A DNA stretch of 63,455 nucleotides, filler included, from Globobulimina sp. (taxonomy: Eukaryota), in NCBI GenBank assembly GCA_003354225.1. It is 13 parts of 13 records of this genome, joined end to end, with 100 filler letters (N's around TTAATTAATTAA, not from the genome) between each part and the next. Parts side by side here need not be neighbours in the genome. Positions count along the whole stretch, not along the records: positions 1 to 4,797 come from PIVH01000916.1; positions 4,898 to 9,693 come from PIVH01000917.1; positions 9,794 to 14,588 come from PIVH01000918.1; 10 more parts are not named here. One strand, written 5' to 3'. Shown here piece by piece: positions 1 through 9,912 of this stretch (its first letter is position 1; the number at the start of each line of letters is the position of its first letter). Made by a program: the position numbers and the translations under genes. The notes under the pieces are model-generated. The model saw only the letters and a program-made list of their open reading frames with translations, made no database searches and was not told where the DNA came from.

Positions 1-16
1 CCTGTCGTCACTCCAA

Positions 17-2353
17 ATGGCACAAGAATCAAATACAAATACAAAGACAGAAGTTGATTCAGGCGGCGTCGCCGAAGCAAAGAATAAATGCATTCATGTT
101 TCACACAGCTGTCGTATTCCAGACGACGAGAGATTAAAAGAATTAGCCACTTTTATTAAAAACCCAATTTGTTGCATCTCAAATTGTGATCAGACAGAAT
201 GTTGGTTATGTCTGCGTTGCCATGAATTATTTTGCAGTCGCTATGCCAATAAACATATGAATATCCATTACAGCCAAAGTGTGAATGAACCTCATTGTTT
301 AGCCATGGGTTTGAATGATTTGAGTTTTTGGTGTTTTAAATGTGATTCATATATTAATCATTTAACCATACAAAAAATATTTGAAATTTATGAGTTAGCG
401 CATATTGCCAAACATAATCAAAGTATTCCTCCACAATTATTGGAACAAACAAATTTTAACAACAACAATAATAATAATAAAAAAAATAACAACGACAGCA
501 ATGATGATCAGGAAATGGTAGAATATGATAAAAATAAAAACTATAATGTCAACATTGATATTTTGGATCATTCGATCGGTGATCATACGCATGACGAGAG
601 AATGAAACAAATTTCAGCTTCAGACTATAAATCTTGTATTGAATGGAATAATGATTCCAATCAACCCAACCTTGATCCCATATTATCCAATTTAAACCGT
701 CGGAGATTGTTTGTTGGCGCATTACAACAAAAACATAAAAACAAAAACTCAAATAATATATTTTCACCTTTCTCAAACTTTTCAGCTCGAAATGGTTTAA
801 CAGGCTATTCATTATTTGATCACATTTCCAGTTTATTAAAATTAGAATATATTAAGTTGAGTATTGACAATAATATTTTTTTAGATCGTTGTATTGGAAG
901 TATCTATGGAATGGGCATTGGTGATGCCACAGGAGCACCACTTGAATTTTTGCCATGTGTCAGCCAAAGAGGCCAATCATTTTTCAATTTGCATTCGAAG
1001 ACAAAGAAATGGCGCAATGAGAAGAATGCATTCGGTTTGAAACGTGGGCAATGGACTGATGATGCTTCGATGGGTTTATGTATGGCGGACAGTTTGCTCT
1101 TAAATGGTGAATATAACGGCAGTGATATTCGAGTCAGGTTTTGGAATTGGTGGAATAATGGATATAACAATGCATTTCGATTAGATTCAAGTGGCGGTAA
1201 TAGCTCATCGGTGGGTTTAGGCGGTAATATCAGTAAAAGTATTTATAGTATGAAGCACGGTGAGAAACCAACACCGATTTTCGAGACTCATAGCGACAAA
1301 GATGACTCTGGCAATGGCTCATTAATGCGGTTGGCGCCAATACCCGTATTTTTACATGCATGTGGCAGTGGTACTGGTGGTGTTGATGCACAATTAATGG
1401 ATCTTGCGATGGAGTATGCGAAGCAGTCAAGTTTTACGACCCATCCTGGATATATTGCTGCGGAAGCCTGCGCTTTGATGTCCTATATTATTATTCATGC
1501 CATTCATAGACAAGATAATGAATACGAGAACAATGTGAAAGTATTTTTAGAACATGTTACTGGCAAATATTCAAAACGAATTGAGGTTCAACATAATGAG
1601 TTGAGACATCTGTTAGAAAAAACCTTACAATCCCAGGAATTCAATGAGATTAAAGAAAAAGTAGAAAAACTTAGTTTGCAGAAGAAAAATAAGCATCAAA
1701 ACAATGAGGATTCGGAATGTAAACAACAGGACAAATATATTAAGATTGCATGGAGTAAAATTCAAATTAATTTAAACCATATTCATCGAAAGATAATCGC
1801 TTTAAAATATATGATGAAATTAATAAATTCGGCAGAAAGTGATGATTCGCGCGAGAGATGTTGGAATTGGAGATGTGTGTATGGTGAGTTAGGGATTGAT
1901 TTGACAATGAAAAATCGTGGTAGTAATTACAATGGTTATCCCAATACGCAGGGATATTTTGGTTCGTATTGTATGGATGGATTGGCAATGGGTCTACATT
2001 CATTGTATAATAGTCATTCCTTTGGTGATTCAATCATGAAAGCTGTCAATATGTTGGGCGACGCGGATAGCACCGGAAGCATTGCTGGACAATTAGCGGG
2101 CGCTTGGTATGGATTTAAAAGTGTATTTTATGATATGAATAAGGAATTATTTTTGTTTAAACAAATTGCTAAATGGGATGATTATGAATTTGGTATAAGA
2201 GCTATTTTATTATATTGTATCGGGAATAGATTTGCTGAAAAGGCAGCAAAACAAATTCAAGCAAAAAAGAATAATAATACTAATAATCAGCAGCAAAAAC
2301 AACAAGCGAATCAAAACGAGGATGATAGTAATAGTACAATAGTAAATGACTGA
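17..2353 (+). CDS. zf-UBP (HDAC6/BUZ-type ubiquitin-binding zinc finger) fused to ADP-ribosylglycohydrolase (ARH/DraG family)
   Basis: N-terminus CWLCLRCHELFCSRYANKHMNIHY..HCLAMGLNDLSFWCFKCDSYI matches zf-UBP. ARH motifs GMGIGDATGAPLEF, GQWTDDASM, GNGSLMRLAP, THP and GDADSTGSIAGQLAGAWYG follow. Intronless 778-aa ORF. Confidence 0.92.
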   Translation: MAQESNTNTKTEVDSGGVAEAKNKCIHVSHSCRIPDDERLKELATFIKNPICCISNCDQTECWLCLRCHELFCSRYANKHMNIHYSQSVNEPHCLAMGLNDLSFWCFKCDSYINHLTIQKIFEIYELAHIAKHNQSIPPQLLEQTNFNNNNNNNKKNNNDSNDDQEMVEYDKNKNYNVNIDILDHSIGDHTHDERMKQISASDYKSCIEWNNDSNQPNLDPILSNLNRRRLFVGALQQKHKNKNSNNIFSPFSNFSARNGLTGYSLFDHISSLLKLEYIKLSIDNNIFLDRCIGSIYGMGIGDATGAPLEFLPCVSQRGQSFFNLHSKTKKWRNEKNAFGLKRGQWTDDASMGLCMADSLLLNGEYNGSDIRVRFWNWWNNGYNNAFRLDSSGGNSSSVGLGGNISKSIYSMKHGEKPTPIFETHSDKDDSGNGSLMRLAPIPVFLHACGSGTGGVDAQLMDLAMEYAKQSSFTTHPGYIAAEACALMSYIIIHAIHRQDNEYENNVKVFLEHVTGKYSKRIEVQHNELRHLLEKTLQSQEFNEIKEKVEKLSLQKKNKHQNNEDSECKQQDKYIKIAWSKIQINLNHIHRKIIALKYMMKLINSAESDDSRERCWNWRCVYGELGIDLTMKNRGSNYNGYPNTQGYFGSYCMDGLAMGLHSLYNSHSFGDSIMKAVNMLGDADSTGSIAGQLAGAWYGFKSVFYDMNKELFLFKQIAKWDDYEFGIRAILLYCIGNRFAEKAAKQIQAKKNNNTNNQQQKQQANQNEDDSNSTIVND

Positions 2354-2689
2354 AATATTTTATTATATATACATGTATCCAGTATCATACTACAATTCAA
2401 CTTGAATAATTGTCTTCGGTGAATAATAAATCAGAGGACAATGATTCAGCGTCAGAACTTTTAATCTTTTTATGCGACGTATGATGCCATTCCTTTGTCG
2501 TGAAATTTCCACTAAAACCACTTTAAGCTAGTGCCTAGTGGTAAAACATTAATTAAACACTTTACAGTTTCATGCATAATTATATTATACTTTCACGTTC
2601 GTACTTTTGTTCATATAATTTGCGATTGAACTAGCGATAAATAAATACAGTATAAATCAGATAGAAACACATAAAGTAGTTTTTAAGTG

Positions 2690-3727
2690 TTACTGTTTAT
2701 GACTTGCGGTAGTTTTATTCGGTTGACATCCTTGATTCGCATGCGTATCCGTATAGAATGCAATTTGATGGATGGTGTGTGAATATTCATATTGTGGATA
2801 TATCTGCGCTCTCAATATATATGATCCAGACGCTTTACACGAGTTAGACACATATTGAGTGAATTGCGATAAGGTTTTATTCGAAATATTTTGATTTAAA
2901 GTCACAGAAAATGGATAGTAATAATCATATGTTTCTTCATTTTGTAGTTCATGCCATGAGTTTGTAAATGACAATAAATAGATTTGCTGGCAAATATCTA
3001 TAGTTTTATTATCATGATTGTAGTGTTTATGTGTAGTTCTGTTAAAATATATGTCCACTTTCATAGATTCTAAGATAATCGGTAAATAATTTGGATTTGT
3101 AACATATAAATATCCAGTAATCGACATTTGAATATTAAGCTGTCCTCTTGTGGGAAACTGCAATTTTTGTACAGTGACTTCAATCCATGCATCAATGGCA
3201 CGGGGGATGAGAAAAAATGTTACAATGGCTACAAACGATAAATACGAGATTAAAAATAATAAATATTTCATACGCAATAGTTCAAACCATGAGGATGCAT
3301 TGTATTTTAGTCGCGAGTTTCTTGGCGCAAAATCTGTTTGCGGCAATTGACGCATTTTAGGACTGCTATTAGCATTTGGCGATAATGAATGTGACCTAAG
3401 CGATCTGTGTGATCTATGCGATGCATCGGACAATAATGAATGTGCTCCCGTTGCCGCTGACTGTTGAAATGAAAAATAATTATTTCCAGTTGAATTGGTT
3501 GAAACGTTGCTTGCATTTAACAGTACATATCCAAATTCACCACTTTTATTGAGATGAGAGAGGTCGTCAGATACTAATATCTGCCGTTGGCTGTCTTTTG
3601 TCTGAATTGTCTCGACTAGCAGCATGTCACTGATATCCTCTCCATCTGAAAAATCCTCATCTGTATGCGTTTCATTGTTCTCAGCTAAATGAGCGCTCAA
3701 TTCCTGAAAACTTGTCATGTTAGACAT
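2690..3727 (-). CDS. Type II membrane protein with LEA_2/TMEM106-like luminal domain
   Basis: Disordered N-terminus, one TM helix (YLLFLISYLSFVAIVTFFLIPR), then VTNPNYLPIILESMKVDIYF, typical of LEA_2/TMEM106. Confidence 0.55.
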   Translation of the reverse strand: MSNMTSFQELSAHLAENNETHTDEDFSDGEDISDMLLVETIQTKDSQRQILVSDDLSHLNKSGEFGYVLLNASNVSTNSTGNNYFSFQQSAATGAHSLLSDASHRSHRSLRSHSLSPNANSSPKMRQLPQTDFAPRNSRLKYNASSWFELLRMKYLLFLISYLSFVAIVTFFLIPRAIDAWIEVTVQKLQFPTRGQLNIQMSITGYLYVTNPNYLPIILESMKVDIYFNRTTHKHYNHDNKTIDICQQIYLLSFTNSWHELQNEETYDYYYPFSVTLNQNISNKTLSQFTQYVSNSCKASGSYILRAQIYPQYEYSHTIHQIAFYTDTHANQGCQPNKTTASHKQ

Positions 3728-3889
3728 GATTTAATAGTATGTGTTAGACTACAAAACTTCTTACTCCTTGCACATATTATTAAAGATTGACTAAGAAAGA
3801 TTTAGTCCTTGCACCAAACAAGTGTCAATCCGTGTAAATAATGTCGCAAACAATGATAAACTTATAATGTTACAATTGGAATGACGCAG

Positions 3890-4310
3890 TCATCTTTTCC
3901 AAAATGATTTACATTCCGCATTTGTGCAAACAAATACCAATGACATAGCTTCATCAGGATTCTTAGATTGCGCAGAGAAGAATACAGCTTCGTGATTATG
4001 ACAATCTTTACATTCAACATCTCGAGTTCTGGGTAATGTGGGATCCATAATAACATCCGGATTAACAACCGCATCAATGTTTGTTTCTTCATCCTGATTT
4101 ACATAATTTTGATACACACAATATTCCTTTTGATTTTTACGTACTGTGATTTTATTTGCACAATGTTTACATTTGAACATTAATGTTTGATTTGTTCGAT
4201 CTTCCACTGGAAACATTAAATTATTGCTAAGTATTTTTATCATAATAATTACTACATTCAATAATGTATAGAATGCTAAAAATAACAAACCATTCATCAC
4301 AAAAGTTCAT
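3890..4310 (-). CDS. RPB9: RNA polymerase II subunit RPB9; exons 4291-4310 and 3890-4226
   Basis: Splicing a 64-nt GT-AG intron (4227-4290) gives MNFCDECNNLMFP..., then DPTLPRT..CKDC.HHEAVFF..MSLVFVC. Confidence 0.95.
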
Positions 4311-4529
4311 TGTTGTTAATTTGCTGAAAATAACGTTGACATGCAATGAAAAACTAAAAACAAAGTTAAAATTTTCCTAAAAAAAAAACTCTTAATAGTC
4401 ATCAGCGTAAATAAGTTGATTGATAATAAAGTAAGATTCAATCAATGTTAAATACACAACACAAAATGTACAAAACAAACAAACAAATTGATAAAGGTGT
4501 GAGTTAAGAATGTGTGCAAGGATACAACA

Positions 4530-4797
4530 TTATAAAATAATACATTTGATCCACAGTGAGTCGACAGAGTAACTGATCCAATTTGATATTGGTAACACTG
4601 TCGTGTTGTTATCGTCTATTGAGTCTATAGAAGGTTCATTTATTATATATTTGTCGCCAAACTCTACATTAACATCAGTGGTGTAATATGGCGGTGATCT
4701 TTCTCTGTTATTATTATCATGAAATGACTTACTTTCCTCATCTTCATTATATTCCGTATCACTTTCTGTATCATATGAACTCTGGATGGACTTCAAT
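4530..4797 (-). CDS. 3' fragment of a hypothetical protein (truncated by contig end)
   Basis: Open frame from the contig edge; acidic, ending WISYSVDSLWIKCIIL (possible CaaX end). Confidence 0.4.
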
Positions 4798-4897
4798 NNN
4801 NNNNNNNNNNNNNNNNNNNNNNNNNNNNNNNNNNNNNNNNNTTAATTAATTAANNNNNNNNNNNNNNNNNNNNNNNNNNNNNNNNNNNNNNNNNNNN
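4798..4897. other. Artificial contig-joining spacer (first of 12 identical 100-nt spacers)
   Basis: N44-TTAATTAATTAA-N44, with stops in all six frames. It recurs every ~4.9 kb and contig lengths decrease monotonically. Confidence 0.99.
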
Positions 4898-5194
4898 TTT
4901 TTTTTATATAATACACTCTATTTGTTTACTTTTGTGTTTGTCTGTGATAGGAGTAAGAGACGATTATTTTTTATAAACTAATTTAACTAATACGGTAGGC
5001 GTATATTAATATAATATATAATTTATTACATTTTCCGTTTTTAAAACAACATGATATTTTTCTCAAACAAAAAATTATTTTTGAGATTTCAGAAACAAAA
5101 TAAAATATCATGTTGTTATAAAATCGGAAAATGTAATAACACACACAAAAAAAAGAATAATTATAAGTTTTTTAAATTGAATTGGTATTAATTA

Positions 5195-6497
5195 TTAATG
5201 GACAAATACTGAAGTTGCGTCACCGACTAACGCATCTGAAGTCTGACAATTCTCGGCTGACAATTCAATCGGCATAAGACCTACGCCAACACCAATACCA
5301 AATCCAAAACCATAAATGCCTTCAGTATAACTCTGTGATTTAACAATAAAGGCATCAATCCCGGGGCCAACTGGTCCTTCTACAGGAATATCCGCACCAA
5401 ATCCAAGCACCACTGAACTTCCAAGTACATCTTGTCTATCTTCAATAAAATTGACAGATAATGCCAAAGAAATTTCAGTATCACTTTTCACTCCAGTACA
5501 ATAAAATGCATAACCATACAAATACAAACCATCAGCACTCAGATAAAAGCCAACACCGCCTGCGCCGCCTACGACGACAAGTTATCTCAAGTACAATTGC
5601 CGAGTCAGTGGACCATAATAAGCGTCGACCAGATAATGACTGTACTCCGCTTTTTACAGCACGGAGAAACGAGATAATGTCACCCAAATAAGGACCCAAC
5701 AACGAAATAGCATCATCGAAATGTTCTTCATTAAATATTGATTCTAAATAAGCAATGTTTGCATTTGCGATAAATGGAGCTAACGAACCAGTGACCAATG
5801 TGTTTATTGCTGTCGACATACTGTTGGTCAATGTAGTAACAAAATCAGCAACAGAGGTATAATAAATTTGTATATCACATTCACAGTCAGTTAGCCATGC
5901 ATCATAGCCATACGCGCATATTTCCATACATGTAATAATATATTCTTCATAATTTGAAGGACAAAATGAAGGAGAACCGTCTAAATCGTATGTTCTGAGA
6001 GTATAGGAACCGCAGGGATAGGCTGGTAAGCATGCTGTAGTACAGCTGTCATCCAAAGGCCATGGTAAACATACTGTGCTACACGCTCCAGCACACATTT
6101 TAACGCAATCACCCAAAACGAGGCTATATCCCGAAGGACAATTCCTTTCCTTACAATACACATCACCAAATACACCAATCTTTTGTTCATAACCAGATGA
6201 ACAATAAGAATAACATGAACCGCCTATCATTTGTTTGCCGTATGCGCAGATATGGTTTGTTGTTTGTCGTGAATAACTCTCGGATTCTAAACAACTTGGC
6301 TCAGGAAGCCCTAACGCTGTGTATATATATATATGTTTATTGTGTATATTAATCTGAAAGGTTGCTATTTGAACATTCGTGTAGATATATTAATATTTAA
6401 TCGCTTTTATTTCAACGTGATTACATATTGTACCTGAAACGCAGTAAAATGTGCGCGTAATGCTTAATAACAACAATGAAGCTAAAATACTTCTCAT
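5195..6497 (-). CDS. Secreted cysteine-rich protein with Gly-rich beta C-terminal domain; apparent frameshift near 5578
   Basis: Signal peptide MRSILASLLLLSIT (ATG 6497), intron 6317-6433, Cys-rich repeats (CY..C..GY...C...CP.GY....DC) and a GRRLL site. The frame shifts to VVGGAGGVGFYLSADGLYLYGYAF, continuous with ORF 5195-5527. Confidence 0.6.
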
Positions 6498-6602
6498 TTC
6501 GGCGATTAATTTTATTTTAATTGTATTGTTGGATGCGATATTTGAACTGAAGAAAGGGACGGTAGGATTAATCAGAAAACTGCCACAGACATTCTTAAAA
6601 AG

Positions 6603-8227
6603 TCATCTTTTTGTAGCGTTAACAGCAAATGAATGTATTTTATTTTTCATTTTTGTTTTCCATTTGTTTGGTGCTTTACTTATTTTCTCTTTAATATATG
6701 GCTCCACTTTGGTCTCATCACTTACATTAATCATCAACTGTTTCTTTAAAAACGTTTCCACCGTATTCCATTCTAAAAACGTGATTGCAATCTTGGCAAA
6801 AGATAAAATATCGGAATAATTTTCTCTCAACACTTTAAAAGCCATAAAACAACAATTTATAAAATTATGCCAATGCACATCTCCCATAATATATTTCAAA
6901 TCATTTGTAATTGAAAAAGAGGCCGCATCTAAACCCGATAATTTCTCACCTAAAATATATCCATAATCAATGTGAAACAAAACACCATCTTTTTTAATCA
7001 AAATATTATCCGAATGGCGATCTTTTATCCCCATTATATATGCACCAATGTATGAACCTACACATGATGCTATCAATTTATTTATCCATTTCTTATTTTT
7101 TTTAAATTTAGCATCATCAAAATGCTTTTTTATGTTTGTTAATGAGACACAATCATTAATGTACTCGATACATCCGAAATCTTCACAGATTGGCACACAT
7201 CGATAAGTAAATATTTTTATTGTTTTTGTATTATATTTTAACTTATTTGACGCCCAAATATCATTAAACAATCGGAACATTGTCAATATACTCGAATCCT
7301 TCCTAAATATATATATATGTAAAATAAAATAGTTAACGTTTCTGACAATGAATATATTGCATCACACCTTAAATCATCACCTTTTTTAAATATAGTTTTT
7401 GATGTTAAGTTTGCGGATTTATTATATAAACTTAATAACAATGGTTTTGAGTTTGAGTTAAATACCGATTCACATTGAATTGTTTTTAAATTGGTTTCAC
7501 CAGAAATTGGATCGCAAAAATTATTTGTACTCTCATCAACTATCGACACTTTAAATCCTTGTTTTACTGCAATTTCATTATTTGCACCATCGATACTTTG
7601 AGAAATGCAAAACATTTCAAATAATTCGACAATATTTGTTCCCGCATATTCAATCTTGTTAATTTTCGTACTTTTCTCAATGTCGGCTTGCAAAATACTT
7701 TTCTGCGCGGTGCTGAATCTAAAATGACTCGCATTGCTTGTATATATTTTATGTAATATTCGTTTTTGCCGTTCGTTCCTTATTCTTTTTTTATCAATTT
7801 TGTCATCAGTACTTTCATATTCTTTTTCTTCATCTTCAAGTATTATATTTATATCTTTTACAATATATTGATAAATGGGATGCGAATTCCATAAAATCTT
7901 TACATAATTTTCATTGAAATATGCATTTAAAAAACAATGGAATGACTGGGATAAAAATATATTGTTTTGACATCGTTTTAGAAATATTTTCAACAATTCA
8001 TCTCGATAACATTGCGTACCATATGGTATTTGTGCTAATATTGCATTTATCAATGGCATAAAATTTGAAATTTCCTCTTGGTCTCCATGGGTTAGCGCAT
8101 ATTTAATGTCTCCGTTTCTTATGGCTCTTAAAAATGTTTTATGTCTACGTTTGCTTTTTTTGATATCATCTACACTCTCACTATCGCCACAACAAAATGT
8201 GTATAGGTGAGACACATTAGTGCCCAT
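6603..8227 (-). CDS. Phosphatidylinositol 3-kinase family protein, compact; intron 7303-7367
   Basis: FNSNSKPLLL, spliced IFKKGDDLRKD, GCIEYI, YIMGIKDRHSDNILI and HIDYGYILG. Likely start MGTNVSHLYTFCCG at 8227. Confidence 0.88.
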
Positions 8228-8296
8228 CCAACTGTCAGATTTTACTTTAAGTGGAGTAAAAAACCTACAGTATTTATTATTTATGTATTTTGCATC

Positions 8297-9693
8297 ATGG
8301 GCGCGACTACCAAGCGATATAGGACCCAATACCTTGTTATCCTCATTGTCTTTTTTATTGGGTGGTGGATATTTTGGTTTCAATTCAATCAGTCATTGCA
8401 ATCAACACCGTATCCAAAATTAATTCCAACCATCAACAAAGCTGAAACTGAGCAAGACAACATCGGTAATATTACATTATTGATGCATGAAATCAAATAC
8501 CTACAAACACGTAACACACGCATCGAAAACGAGAAAGCACAGCTTCGACAAGAGATTAATAAACAGCCAGTACTGCAGCATCCAAACCATGATACAGCTT
8601 TGTTATTGGATGAAATCGATGAGTTAAAAAAGACAATATGGGACTTACAAGATGCTGATCAACAAAATAAAATGCAAAATAACGAACTCAACCAACAAAT
8701 TAAATCCTTAACAACTGACAAAACCGATGATATAAACTATTATTTTCTGTATGGTTTTTGTAATGATAACACGCACCAACTCAATAAAGAAGTAATTGTC
8801 ATAATGGATGGTATAAAAAACTACGTATCCACAAAATACAATGATTGGATCGTTTTAAGTGTATCAATTCAACAGTTTTTAATGGACACCAACTCACAAA
8901 ATTATACACACAAAAAATTAATGAGATTCACAAAATCTGCAGTCCCAAATATAAATATAAAACGAGATAAATTCCAATGGGTATTTGAGCCACATTGCGC
9001 CGGATTTCACACCGATTTAAAAGCATATTATGATGATAAATTATTATATTTACCACTGCCACCGGACATATATGAATATCATAACGTTTCTACAACGAAT
9101 AAGTTCGGATTTATTGATGACAATGACAGATATTCAGACAATGATCATATTGTCAACATAAACTATCATAAATATGACAATTATTACTTAAATATTTCGC
9201 ATCCATATCGTGTGTTGAATGTATGGCAAAATGATAGTTATTATAGTTTCTGCCATAAAGACGAGAGATATCCATTGTCGTTGCGCAATAACCGCCCATT
9301 TTTGATGGAAATCGGTGGTGAGGCGTTTAGTGCATGGTCGGTACGGAGAAAATATGCTTGCTTTGATATAGATTTTCATATTCAAAGAAGTAGATCGTGG
9401 CCGCGTAGAGGATGCATTGTCGCGTTGTTTATCCAAGGCATTATACAAAGAGATGTACCATATAATCTACGCAGAAAATATCAAAGTTATCAAGATTTAA
9501 TGAATTATCACAGGTTAATTATCAATGATAATAATGCGCAAACGAGAGAGCTGTATATTGATGAAATCATGAAACAAAAAAAGAGATTTTGCAGTTTTAC
9601 AGTGAAAACCTTGTTTATGTGGGGTTATTACTTGAGTGAAGCTTTAGTGCGACATGTCGTTCATGCTATGATCTCCAGACAGTATAAGTACTG
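8297..9693 (+). CDS. Type II Golgi glycosyltransferase, possibly GT10 alpha-1,3-fucosyltransferase-like (3' truncated)
   Basis: Signal anchor YLVILIVFFIGWWIFWF, coiled-coil stem, then GGEA and KKRFCSFTV resembling the GT10 K-F-C-x-F motif. Confidence 0.5.
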
Positions 9694-9793
9694 NNNNNNN
9701 NNNNNNNNNNNNNNNNNNNNNNNNNNNNNNNNNNNNNTTAATTAATTAANNNNNNNNNNNNNNNNNNNNNNNNNNNNNNNNNNNNNNNNNNNN

Positions 9794-9912
9794 TCTAAAA
9801 AAGTGGTTAATTTCTTGAATAATTGACTCATTTGTTTATTATTTTGCGTAAAAGACCTTTTCACCGAGGAAACAACGCCTTTTTTCACACTGTCCATGGA
9901 CTGCATAATGCG
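9794..9912. repeat. 119-nt exact direct terminal repeat of contig 3 (second copy 14470-14588)
   Basis: TCTAAAAAAGTGGTTAATTTC...CTGCATAATGCG is identical at both ends of the contig. Confidence 0.97.

Noticed and set aside
8207-8383. True antisense coding overlap of the PI3K and glycosyltransferase ORFs
   Set aside because: The overlap comes from TTG/GTG-extended ORF calls. The probable ATGs (8227 and 8297) do not overlap.
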